Assembly (NCBI GenBank): GCA_036556625.1
Contig: DATBJC010000083.1
Coordinates: 651-64,650 of the forward strand
Source of the DNA: Gemmatimonadales bacterium
Lineage (GTDB): Bacteria; Gemmatimonadota; Gemmatimonadetes; Gemmatimonadales; GWC2-71-9
Length of the DNA: 64,000 nt
Direction of reading: 5' to 3'
A program made the translations under genes and the position numbers. Each line of letters starts with the position of its first letter. Position 1 is the first letter of the stretch. The notes below the pieces were generated by a model. That model saw only the letters and a list, made by a program, of their open reading frames with translations. It had not been told where the DNA came from and did not search any database. Of the stretch, positions 36,619 through 47,197 are shown in pieces.

Positions 36619-38034
36619 TCAGGGGAAGATGCCGAGCTGCTCGTAGCTGGTGGCCACTTTGTCGATCGCGACGATCAGCGCCGCGGTGCGCATGTTCTCC
36701 TTGCCGCCGTGGCGCTTCCATACCTCCCGGATCGGGTGGTAGGCTCCGATCATGGTCTCCTCCAGCCCGGAGTTCACCAGGTCCTCCTCACTGGCGCCCT
36801 GGGTGACCCGGATCACCTCCTCGGGAGTGAACCGGCGGCCGGTCACGGTTTCCACCGCCTCCAGCAGCCGGCTGTACGCTCCCTGCTCGAACCGCTTCTG
36901 CATCCGGCCGAAGCGGACGTGACCCAGGTTCTTCACCCACTCGAAGTAGGACACGGTCACGCCGCCGGCGTTGATGTACGCGTCCGGGATCACCAGGATG
37001 CCGCGCCGCTCGAGGATCTCGTCGGCTTCCGGCGTGGTGGGACCGTTCGCCGCCTCGACCACCAGCTTGGTCTTGATCCGGGGCGCGTTCTCCGCCGTGA
37101 TCTGGCGCTCCAGCGCTGCGGGGATCAGGATGTCGCACTCGAGCTCCAGCGCATCCTCGCGGCGGGCGAGGTTGGTGGCGCCCGGGAAGTCGAGGATGCT
37201 CTTCCGCTCCCTGCGATGGGCCATCACCGATTCGATATCGAGTCCCTTGGGATTGGCGATCGCGCCCTCCGACTCCGCCAATCCGACCAGCAAGGCACCG
37301 GACTGCTGGAAGAACTGTCCGGCGTGATAGCCCACGTTGCCGAGCCCCTGGAGCACCACTCGCTTGCCTTCCAGCCCGGGCTTCAGTCCCAGGGCCTGCA
37401 TATCCTCCTTCACCCCGCAGATCTCCCGCACGCCGAAGAACACGCCGCGGCCGGTCGCCTCGACCCGGCCCCGGATGCCGCCGGCGCTCACCGGCTTGGC
37501 GGTGACGCAGCCCAGCGCGTCCAGCTCACCGGAGCGAAGCTGGGTGTAGGTGTCGGCGATCCAGGCCATTTCCCGCGGTCCGGTGCCGACGTCCGGCGCC
37601 GGCACATCCAGACCGGGGCCCATGAAGTTCTTGCGCACCAGCTCGAAGACGTACCGCCGGGTGATCCGTTCCAGCTCCCCAGGCGAATAGCGCTTGGGGT
37701 TGAGCCTGATGCCGCCCTTGGCGCCACCGAAGGGCACGTCCACCAGGGCACACTTGTACGTCATCAGCGCGGCCAGCGCCTGCACCTCCTCCGCGTCCAC
37801 CGCCTCGGCGTAGCGGATGCCGCCTTTGGTGGGGAGCTTGTGGTGGCTGTGCTCCGCCCGCCAGGCGTGCATCACCTCGATGGTGCCGTCGTCCCGTTTG
37901 ATGGGGAAGCTGGTGTAGAAGAGATTCTTGCACGCCTTGATGTTGGCGAGCAGGGTGGGATCGTGGGCGGTGAACCCGGCCGCACGGTCGAAGGCCCGGT
38001 TCACCTGCTCGAGGAAGCTGGCGCCGAGGGACAT
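36619..38034 (-). CDS. gdh: Glu/Leu/Phe/Val dehydrogenase family (glutamate dehydrogenase-like)
   Basis: PFGGAKGGI catalytic-Lys motif. NAD(P) fold VVLQGLGNVGYH. Confidence 0.9.
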   Translation of the reverse strand: MSLGASFLEQVNRAFDRAAGFTAHDPTLLANIKACKNLFYTSFPIKRDDGTIEVMHAWRAEHSHHKLPTKGGIRYAEAVDAEEVQALAALMTYKCALVDVPFGGAKGGIRLNPKRYSPGELERITRRYVFELVRKNFMGPGLDVPAPDVGTGPREMAWIADTYTQLRSGELDALGCVTAKPVSAGGIRGRVEATGRGVFFGVREICGVKEDMQALGLKPGLEGKRVVLQGLGNVGYHAGQFFQQSGALLVGLAESEGAIANPKGLDIESVMAHRRERKSILDFPGATNLARREDALELECDILIPAALERQITAENAPRIKTKLVVEAANGPTTPEADEILERRGILVIPDAYINAGGVTVSYFEWVKNLGHVRFGRMQKRFEQGAYSRLLEAVETVTGRRFTPEEVIRVTQGASEEDLVNSGLEETMIGAYHPIREVWKRHGGKENMRTAALIVAIDKVATSYEQLGIFP

Positions 38035-38130
38035 GGGCGTCTCTGGCGAGGGAGTAGAGTGACTGGACGGGTGCGACCAATATAGGCTGCGGCGGGCCGA
38101 CCGGGAGGTGCTTGGCGGCCCGAGCGACGC

Positions 38131-38198
38131 TGTCGGCCTGAGCGAAGCGAAGGCGGCATGACCCGAGGTATGTCCCCTTCGCTGCGCTCAGGGCGACA
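38131..38198. repeat. long imperfect inverted repeat (REP-like stem-loop)
   Basis: TGTCGGCCTGAGCGAAGCGAAGG (38131-38153) pairs with CCTTCGCTGCGCTCAGGGCGACA (38176-38198). 23-bp arms with 2 mismatches and a 22-nt loop, in the gdh/ptrB divergent spacer. Confidence 0.6.
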
Positions 38199-38265
38199 CC
38201 GACTCAGTGGCGCACTCGAAGCGGGCGAGGCATCTTGCAGCGGCTCACGTTTCCTGGAGGCAGCG

Positions 38266-40395
38266 ATGCACCTGCGGGCAGTGGTGTTGGCGGCCGGACT
38301 CGGCCTGGTCGCGGCGGCACCCCCTGTCGTCGTGGCACAAGCGGGGCAGCCACCCGTCGCCAAGCGGATCCCCAAGACCGACACCGTGCAAGGCGAGCTG
38401 CGGCGCGACGACTACTTCTGGCTGCGGGAGAAGTCCAACCCCGAGGTCCGCCGGTATCTCGAGGCCGAAAACGCCTACACCGAGGCGTCGCTCGCCCATC
38501 TCAAGCCAACCCAGGATTCCATCTACCGGGAGATGCTCGGCCGGATCAAGGAGACCGATCTCACGGTGCCGTGGCGCTATCAGGGCTACTGGTATTACAC
38601 CCGGACCGAACAGGGGAAGGACTACCCGATCCTGTGCCGCAAGAAGGGGTCACTCGACGCGGCAGAGGAGGTCATCCTGGACCAGAACCGGCTGGCGCGA
38701 GGCAAGAAGTTCCACGCGCTCGGCGGGGTGGACGTGAGTCCCGACGGCAACCTGCTCCTCTATCTCGAGGACACCACCGCGTTTCGAGAGTACACGCTGC
38801 ACGTCAAGGACCTTCGGACCGGCAGGCTGCTTGGGGAATCCATTCCCGATGTCTGGAACGGCACGGCGTGGGCGGACGACCGCCGGACCTTCTTCTACAT
38901 GCGGGCGGATTCGGCCAAGCGGGCGTACGCGGTCTGGCGCCACACGATCGGGACGCCTCCCGCGCGAGACGTCAAGGTGTTCCAGGAGGACAACAACCTC
39001 TACAGTGCCGAGGTAGCGCGCTCCCAGAGTGGCAAGTACATCTTCATCTCCTCCGAGGGTTTCACCTCGAGCGAGTGGCGGGTCATCCCGACGGCCCGCC
39101 CCACCGACAGCGCCCGGGTCCTCGTGCCCCGGCGGGCCGACGTCTTGTATTCGGTGGACCACATTCCGGGCCGGTTCCTGATCCTGACCAACGACGGCGC
39201 CACCAATTTCCGTATCGTGAGCGCGCCGGAATCCGACGCGTCAAGGACGGCCTGGCAGGACTGGCAGCCGGCGAGCGACTCCGTGTTCATCGAGGACCTG
39301 GTGGTCCTCCGCTCCCATGTGGTCGTGTCCGAGCGGGCGGAGGGACTCCGCCGGCTGCGGGTGGTGAAGCTGGCGAATCGTGACACCCACTTCATCACCT
39401 TCCCCGATCCGGCCTACAGTGTGGATCCCACCGGGAACACCGACTTCGACGCCTCGACGCTGCGGTTCGCCTACTCCTCCTTCACCACGCCGGAAACCGT
39501 CTACCAGTACGACCTGGCCAGGCGCACCCGGACGGTCCTGAAGCGCCGGGAGATTCCCAGCGGCTTCGACGCCTCCAGGTACCAGCTGCGCCGGGTGATG
39601 GTCCCGGCTCGCGACGGCGAGCAGGTTCCCGTGTCCCTGCTGCTGCCCAAGGGATACCCGCTGGACGGCAGCCGCCCGTTCCTGCTGTATGCCTACGGGT
39701 CGTACGGCTACACCCTGGAGCCGGACTTCGACTCCAGCGTCCTCAGCCTGGTGGATCGGGGGTTCGGCTATGGAATCGCCCACATCCGGGGCGGGCAGGA
39801 GATGGGGCGGCGCTGGTACGACGCCGGGAAGATGATGAACAAGAAGAACACCTTCAACGATTTCATCGATGTGGCCGAGTACCTGGTGCGCGAGCGGTAC
39901 ACCTCGCCGGCCCGGCTGGTGGCCAACGGGGCGAGCGCGGGCGGTCTCCTGATGGGAGTCGTCGCCACCTGGCGGCCGGATCTCTTCCGCGCCGTGGTGG
40001 CGGGCGTGCCCTTCGTGGACGTGATCAACACCATGCTCGACGCGTCGATTCCGCTCACCGCGCCGGAGTGGGAGCAGTGGGGCAACCCGCACCAGCCCGA
40101 GCACTACGCCTACATGAAGAGTTATTCGCCCTACGACAACGTGGCGCCCATGGAGTATCCGGCGCTGCTGGTCACCACGTCCTTCAACGACTCCCAGGTG
40201 ATGTACTGGGAGCCCGCCAAATGGGTGGCCAAGCTGCGGGCGACCAAACGGGGGGCCAATCCGCTGTATCTCAAGACCAACTTCGCCGGCGGGCACGGCG
40301 GCTCATCGGGACGCTACGATCGGCTGAAGGAGACCGCGTTCGAGTACGCCTTCATGATCGACGCGGTGAAGGAGCAGCCGGCGGCGGTGCCCTGA
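38266..40395 (+). CDS. ptrB: S9A serine peptidase, oligopeptidase B-like
   Basis: ATG 38266 with GGAGG at 38256-38260. Signal peptide. DDYFWLREKSNPEVRRYLEAENAYT. Catalytic GASAGGLL. C-terminal GGHGG. Confidence 0.88.
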   Translation: MHLRAVVLAAGLGLVAAAPPVVVAQAGQPPVAKRIPKTDTVQGELRRDDYFWLREKSNPEVRRYLEAENAYTEASLAHLKPTQDSIYREMLGRIKETDLTVPWRYQGYWYYTRTEQGKDYPILCRKKGSLDAAEEVILDQNRLARGKKFHALGGVDVSPDGNLLLYLEDTTAFREYTLHVKDLRTGRLLGESIPDVWNGTAWADDRRTFFYMRADSAKRAYAVWRHTIGTPPARDVKVFQEDNNLYSAEVARSQSGKYIFISSEGFTSSEWRVIPTARPTDSARVLVPRRADVLYSVDHIPGRFLILTNDGATNFRIVSAPESDASRTAWQDWQPASDSVFIEDLVVLRSHVVVSERAEGLRRLRVVKLANRDTHFITFPDPAYSVDPTGNTDFDASTLRFAYSSFTTPETVYQYDLARRTRTVLKRREIPSGFDASRYQLRRVMVPARDGEQVPVSLLLPKGYPLDGSRPFLLYAYGSYGYTLEPDFDSSVLSLVDRGFGYGIAHIRGGQEMGRRWYDAGKMMNKKNTFNDFIDVAEYLVRERYTSPARLVANGASAGGLLMGVVATWRPDLFRAVVAGVPFVDVINTMLDASIPLTAPEWEQWGNPHQPEHYAYMKSYSPYDNVAPMEYPALLVTTSFNDSQVMYWEPAKWVAKLRATKRGANPLYLKTNFAGGHGGSSGRYDRLKETAFEYAFMIDAVKEQPAAVP

Positions 40396-40413
40396 CGGGA
40401 GCCCCACGCGGCG

Positions 40414-42330
<1,917 letters not shown>

Positions 42331-42407
42331 GTCCCTGCCTGGTTGTGGGAGGCGATGAGGAGATAGTAGCGACTTTCGCTTGGCAATGGCACCCGGGTGG
42401 GCGGTGG

Positions 42408-42872
42408 TCAGCTCGACCGGCTGCCCCGGGCCTCCGGGCCGAGCAGGCGCCCGAGCAGCTTCCGGAGCCGGCGCGCCTCGCCGGCCGTCAGCCGCCGTCC
42501 CACCAGGGCCTCGATCTGTGGTCCGTACACCTTCCAGCACCGGCGCAACGCCTGCAGCCCGTCGGGGGTGAGGACGGCGTAGGCGCCCCGCGCATCGTCC
42601 TCGCAGGGCTCCCGGGTCAGGAGTCCGGCTGCCTCCAGGCGGTCCACCAGTCTCGACAGGCCGCTCCGGCTGAGCAGCGCCGCTCGGGCCATCTCGGCCA
42701 GCCGGAGGCGCCGCTCCGGAGCTTCGTAGAGGCAGAGCAGGGCGTCGTACCACCGGAGCGGGATGACGCCGGCGTGGCGCAGGGCCCCGTCGATCCGCTC
42801 GGTGAGGTCCGCGTGGGCGGTGAGCAGGGCCCGCCACGCCGCCACGTGCTCGGGGGCGGGTCGGTCGGCCAT
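42408..42872 (-). CDS. MarR-family transcriptional regulator
   Basis: ATG 42872. LRLAEMARAALLSRSGLSRLVDRLEAAGLLTRE wHTH pattern. Divergent from the isochorismatase-family gene. Confidence 0.85.
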   Translation of the reverse strand: MADRPAPEHVAAWRALLTAHADLTERIDGALRHAGVIPLRWYDALLCLYEAPERRLRLAEMARAALLSRSGLSRLVDRLEAAGLLTREPCEDDARGAYAVLTPDGLQALRRCWKVYGPQIEALVGRRLTAGEARRLRKLLGRLLGPEARGSRSS

Positions 42873-42967
42873 GGAGGGGAGGATAGCGCCATGTACTTGC
42901 GTATGCAACCACATCCGCCATCATAATTGCACGCGCAACTATCTGCGCGGCCCCGCGTCAGGGGAGG

Positions 42968-43618
42968 TTGACGCAGCCGGATTCCGAACCTGAACCAAGG
43001 AGGGAATTCATCACCACGGACAACGCCGTGATGGTCTTCATCGACCATCAGGCCGCCATCATGGCCGGTATCGGCGACATCGACCCGGTGCGCTTCCGCA
43101 ATAACGTGCTCGCCCTGGCGAAGATCGCGAAGCTGCACGGGATCCCCACGGTCCTGAGCGACAACATGCCGGAAGGCTTCGCCGGCCCGCTCCTTCCGGA
43201 GCTGGTCGCGCTGGTGCCCGACGCACCCATCATTCACCGCGACGGTCCCATCAACGCCTGGGATGACCCTGCCTTCGTCGCGGCGATCGAGGCCACCGGC
43301 CGGCGCAAGCTGGTGATCGCCGGCTGCACCACCGACATCTGCCTGATGTTCCCGGCCTTGTCCGCCCTGGCTGCGGGCTATGACGTCTATGGGGTGATCG
43401 ATGCCTCGGGAACCTGGAGTGAGCTCGATCAGCGGATCGCGGTGCAGCGGTTGGTCCATGCCGGCGTGGTGGTGATGAACACGGCCAACGTCCTGACCGA
43501 GCTGCAGTACAATCACCGGAAGGCAACCGACGGGGGCAGTGGCGTCCTGTTCGCTGATCTGGTGCCGCAGCTCGCGTACACGGACGCACTGCTGCGCGGG
43601 CGCGCGGTGCCGGCGTAG
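42968..43618 (+). CDS. isochorismatase-family cysteine hydrolase (YcaC-like)
   Basis: NAVMVFIDHQ, KLVIAGCTTDICL (catalytic Cys). The start is uncertain (TTG 42968; see finding). Confidence 0.85.
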   Translation: MTQPDSEPEPRREFITTDNAVMVFIDHQAAIMAGIGDIDPVRFRNNVLALAKIAKLHGIPTVLSDNMPEGFAGPLLPELVALVPDAPIIHRDGPINAWDDPAFVAAIEATGRRKLVIAGCTTDICLMFPALSALAAGYDVYGVIDASGTWSELDQRIAVQRLVHAGVVVMNTANVLTELQYNHRKATDGGSGVLFADLVPQLAYTDALLRGRAVPA

Positions 43619-43625
43619 GCCGGGC

Positions 43626-43925
43626 TCACGCCGCGCGCTGCAGCCATGCCGTTCCCAGGAGGCGGCCGAACAGCATGAGCAGGAGGGCCACGACGGCGAA
43701 CGCCGCGTAACTCCGGAGCGCTCGGCGGCGGTACTCCAGCCCGAGCGGCGTGAGCCGCTCGGGTGGCCAGGCGAATTCGAAGGCGCTCACCCCCGGCCGG
43801 CGGTGGCGGACCATCTGGACGTAGCAGTACACGCCGTACGCCCAGAGGACGATCGCCACCGCTGTGCCGAGGGAAAAAGCCGCGAGCTCAGTCTCCGTTG
43901 CCGCCACCGTCTGCACCACCCCCAT
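43626..43925 (-). CDS. small two-TM membrane protein (tentative)
   Basis: C-terminal 100 aa of the 151-aa ORF contains LAAFSLGTAVAIVLWAYGVYCYV and YAAFAVVALLLMLFGRLL. The N-terminal part of that ORF overlaps a better-looking frame. Confidence 0.35.
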   Translation of the reverse strand: MGVVQTVAATETELAAFSLGTAVAIVLWAYGVYCYVQMVRHRRPGVSAFEFAWPPERLTPLGLEYRRRALRSYAAFAVVALLLMLFGRLLGTAWLQRAA

Positions 43926-44139
43926 CCCCGCCACCGTCTCCAGCGCCACTATCGGCCGCGTCGCCAGGACCGTCGACTCCGGCACTAGGCGTCGAGTCAG
44001 TGACCAGCACGCCGGGACCACCACCATCGTATTCCTGGCGGTTCCCGAGATTGGGCGAGTGACCGGCATGGGCCATTGCAAAGCCGAACGCCGCCACTAC
44101 GACGACGAGCCCGCCCAGCACGACGGCTTCCAGCGTCAT
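43888..44139 (-). CDS. small TM protein with Gly/Asp-rich tail (tentative)
   Basis: MTLEAVVLGGLVVVVAAFGFAMA followed by ...GDGGGDGGGADGGGNGD. Confidence 0.35.
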   Translation of the reverse strand: MTLEAVVLGGLVVVVAAFGFAMAHAGHSPNLGNRQEYDGGGPGVLVTDSTPSAGVDGPGDAADSGAGDGGGDGGGADGGGNGD

Positions 44140-44160
44140 CGCGATCCCCCCCACCTGGAA

Positions 44161-44526
44161 TCAGGGAATGGACCGGCTTTCCTCGCGGAGCACGGCCAGG
44201 CTCTTGCTGCCCAGGGTGATCAGCGCCTCGAAGCGTCCTTTCACCCCGACCTTCGACCCGGTGCGCGGCGGGCCGGCCTGTTCGCTCACCACGGTGAGCG
44301 TGCCGGTGTCGTCTCTCACCTGATAGGCGCCCAGACCGAGCCCGCCGGCGGACTCCTTCACTTCGCCTTCGACCCGCACCGTCTTGCCGTCGTATCTGGC
44401 GGGGTTGTCGAGCAGTTCGCCGATCGGAGTGATGCCGGCGCACCCGGCGAGCAGAAGGACGGCGCCGGCCAGGAAGGTGAATCCAGCCGGCCGGCGGGCG
44501 GGGGCGCGAAGGGTGGGACGGATCAT
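44161..44526 (-). CDS. lipoprotein, OB-fold-like impression
   Basis: Lipobox LLLAGC. YDGKTVRVEGEV...GTLTVV beta-rich pattern. Confidence 0.6.
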   Translation of the reverse strand: MIRPTLRAPARRPAGFTFLAGAVLLLAGCAGITPIGELLDNPARYDGKTVRVEGEVKESAGGLGLGAYQVRDDTGTLTVVSEQAGPPRTGSKVGVKGRFEALITLGSKSLAVLREESRSIP

Positions 44527-44651
44527 GACGAGCTCCGGTACGGGAAGGCGGGGACCTGCAGGCTGAGGCGAATCTATCTCGCAGGGAGAACGGTGACCAG
44601 CGCGACCGGTGATGGCGCACCTCTTGCTGCTGCGTCGGTTCCCCTCATCCC

Positions 44652-45308
44652 ATGTCGGCTAACATGTGCAAGGACACTGCAAGGCGCCCAGCTCGGGCGC
44701 GGGGTGCCCTGGCGGTGTGCGGCGCCGTGCTGCTGGCCGCCTGCGCCTCCAAATACGCCCAGGTCCCGCCACGGGTCGACCTTCGACCCCATGGACGAGT
44801 GGGGCTGATCGTCTTCGCGAGCGCGGAGGAGCACCAGGCGATGGGCACCCTGGCTACCCAGCGTTTCGCCGAAGCGCTTCTGGCGAGTCAGCCCGGAATC
44901 GAGCTCCTCGAGCTGACCGAGTCGGATTCGCTGATTCGGGCTCACCCTCGAGGCACGGACCCCGTGGTGCTGGCTCAGGCGCTGGGCCAGTCGAGGGACA
45001 TTCCGGTGGTGTTCGTCGGCGAGCTGGTGGTTTCCGGGATCAAGCCACGGGCCCGGCTCGAGGTGACCGACGTCAGCCTTCGGGCATCGGTCTCCGCCAA
45101 GCTGGCCGTCCGTCTGCTCTCGACCAGGGCCGGCGGTACGCTCTGGCGCTCGAGCTCGACGGCTACCGGGAACGTCGGCCGGGTGAACCTCGCCGGTGGA
45201 CTGCCATCGGTGGCGATTCGTGATACCGAGGAGGCCTACGGTGAGCTGGTAGGCTCTCTGGTCGAGGAGGTCACGGCTGACCTGCGCCCCACCTGGCAAA
45301 GACAATAG
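44652..45308 (+). CDS. lipoprotein, unknown function
   Basis: Lipobox LLAAC. No catalytic motif recognised. Confidence 0.6.
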   Translation: MSANMCKDTARRPARARGALAVCGAVLLAACASKYAQVPPRVDLRPHGRVGLIVFASAEEHQAMGTLATQRFAEALLASQPGIELLELTESDSLIRAHPRGTDPVVLAQALGQSRDIPVVFVGELVVSGIKPRARLEVTDVSLRASVSAKLAVRLLSTRAGGTLWRSSSTATGNVGRVNLAGGLPSVAIRDTEEAYGELVGSLVEEVTADLRPTWQRQ

Positions 45309-45877
45309 CCCGCATGGCAGCCGCCGTTGAAATGTGCAGGACCAGCTTGACAAGGAACCGCGCCGTGAAGCGTCGGTGACGCAACCGTCATCGTTCGCCG
45401 GGGACGCCACACGATCCAGCCCAGCGCGGAAAGGACCAGGAGCGCGCCGACCCAGCCGGGCAGCGCGAGAGCGTGCCAGAGTCGGATGAGCAGCAGATAA
45501 CGCGGAAGCCTGGCGCCCGAGACGAGTACGGCGTAGAGCAGCGGCCTGGGCCGGACCCTGAGCAGCGCCAGTCGGATCGTGGTGTAGGGGATCGGAAGCA
45601 GCGCTACGAGGACCACCGCCACATAGAATCCGCGCCCGGCCGAGGGCAGGGCTTGAACCTCGGCCCCGGCCCTCCATCGGCGGCCCACAGCGCCGAGCAC
45701 AGCGACATCGACCACGGCGGCAACGCCGGCACAGACGCTGCCGAAGCCGGCGAACACAGACGCCTGGGTGAAGCTGTGCCCTGCGGCGAACCAGAGCAGG
45801 ACGTGATCGAAGGGCAGGGGAAACGCGGTATTGCTGAGCACCGCGAGCGGGACGAACCAGAGCAGCTCGACCAGCAC
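45236..45877 (-). CDS. integral membrane protein (VTT/DedA-like impression)
   Basis: Four to five hydrophobic helices. The start directly abuts the P450 stop (45878). The last ~55 aa look low-quality and overlap the convergent gene. Confidence 0.5.
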   Translation of the reverse strand: MLVELLWFVPLAVLSNTAFPLPFDHVLLWFAAGHSFTQASVFAGFGSVCAGVAAVVDVAVLGAVGRRWRAGAEVQALPSAGRGFYVAVVLVALLPIPYTTIRLALLRVRPRPLLYAVLVSGARLPRYLLLIRLWHALALPGWVGALLVLSALGWIVWRPRRTMTVASPTLHGAVPCQAGPAHFNGGCHAGYCLCQVGRRSAVTSSTREPTSSP

Positions 45878-47197
45878 TCAGCCGGGCGCCGGAGTCCGGC
45901 GCTCGAGTCGCAGGTACAGCGGCCGCGCCGGCTTCAGGGTCAAGACCGAGCGGATTCGGGGCGGCGAGCCCGCCGGCGGCAGCATTCGCCAGCGCTGCGC
46001 GATGGTGGCGATCACCAGGGTGCCGACCATTCGCGCCATCTGGCCGCCGACGCAGGAGCGGGGACCGGCGCCGAAGGGAAAGGCGGCGTATCGCGGGCGA
46101 CCGCGGCGGCCCTCTTCGGTCCACCGATCAGGTTCGAACCGGTCGGGATCGGGCCACCAGCGCGGATCGCGTTGGGTCACGAACGGGCTCAAGAACACGG
46201 CGGCGCCGGCCGGAATGACCCGGCCACCGATTCGATAGTCTTCGATGGGCCGCCGCCCGATGCGTCCCACGGGCGGATAGAGGCGAAGTGCTTCTTCCAG
46301 GACTAGTCCGGTGTAGGCCAGCCGCGGCCAGTCCTCCGGTATCGGGTCGCGCTCACCCAGCACATCACCCAGCTCACGCTTCAGGCGGCGGTCCACGTCC
46401 GGGTGGGTCGCCAGGAGATACCAGCTCCAGGTCAGCGCGGCCGCCGTGGTATCGTGTCCCGCGAGGAAGAGGGTCATCGTTTCGTCGCGGGCCAGGCGGG
46501 AGGGCATCGCCACGCCATCGCCGTCCGGCCGAAGGAGCAGAGACAGGAGATCGCGGCCGCCCGACGGGGTGGCCTCTGCCAGACGTCGGTCGATCGCGGC
46601 CGTGATCCGGTCGGCCGCCTCCCCGGCGCGGCGCATGAAGGGAAGACCCAAGCGCTCCAAACGCTCGGCCCCCGGCGCCGCCGCCAGCGGCAGCCAGCGC
46701 GACAGCACCTGGAGATCGCCCGCCAGTGACGAGACCTCCCCTTCCAGGTCGGTCCCCAGCAGTGCCTGGACGACGATCGCCCTGGCCAACTGGTCCATGG
46801 CGGCACTCAGGTCGAGCGCATCGCTCTCCACCCAGCGTTCTGCCGCCCGAGCCGCGAGCCGTGGAACCGCTTCGGCATACGTTGCGAGCTGGTGACGACA
46901 GAACGCCGGCTGGAGCCGGCGCCGCTGACAGCGATGGAGCTCGCCTTCGCTGGTGAGGAGGCCGTCGCCCAGCAGCCGTCGCGCGCGCTGCATGAGCCGT
47001 CCCTTCCGAAAAGCCTCCGCGTCGTCCACCAGGACCTGCTGGACATGGTCCGGATGGGAGAGCAGGAAGGCCGGCTCTCTGCCCAGCCGGAAGGCGGCGA
47101 CGTCTCCCCCCGCTCGCGCGAGCCGGAGCAGGAATCCATTGGTGTCCCGGTAGAACCAGGGCGCGTGGCCGACGAGCGGCAGCCCTCTCGAGATCAT
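45878..47197 (-). CDS. cytochrome P450
   Basis: ATG 47197. FLAGHDTT (I-helix), EEALRLYPP (ExxR), FGAGPRSCVGGQMA (haem Cys loop). Confidence 0.9.
   Translation of the reverse strand: MISRGLPLVGHAPWFYRDTNGFLLRLARAGGDVAAFRLGREPAFLLSHPDHVQQVLVDDAEAFRKGRLMQRARRLLGDGLLTSEGELHRCQRRRLQPAFCRHQLATYAEAVPRLAARAAERWVESDALDLSAAMDQLARAIVVQALLGTDLEGEVSSLAGDLQVLSRWLPLAAAPGAERLERLGLPFMRRAGEAADRITAAIDRRLAEATPSGGRDLLSLLLRPDGDGVAMPSRLARDETMTLFLAGHDTTAAALTWSWYLLATHPDVDRRLKRELGDVLGERDPIPEDWPRLAYTGLVLEEALRLYPPVGRIGRRPIEDYRIGGRVIPAGAAVFLSPFVTQRDPRWWPDPDRFEPDRWTEEGRRGRPRYAAFPFGAGPRSCVGGQMARMVGTLVIATIAQRWRMLPPAGSPPRIRSVLTLKPARPLYLRLERRTPAPG

Noticed and set aside
36367-38085. 572-aa plus-strand ORF
   Set aside because: It is antisense shadow of the glutamate dehydrogenase-family gene (PFGGAKGGI motif on the minus strand).
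42331-42924. N-terminal 198-aa extension of the MHYT kinase ORF (40414-42924)
   Set aside because: It overlaps the well-supported MarR gene in another frame and is Pro/Arg/Gly-rich. The MHYT domain starts immediately after the ATG at 42330.
44574-46124. 516-aa minus-strand ORF spanning several called genes
   Set aside because: It crosses the lipoprotein gene, the membrane-protein gene and the P450 3' end in non-coding frames. Its composition is RG/PA-rich, with no motif.
46131-46140. GGTTCGAACC, resembling a tRNA T-arm
   Set aside because: It lies inside the P450 coding sequence, with no acceptor or anticodon stems around it. I found no tRNA-like cloverleaf anywhere in the window.
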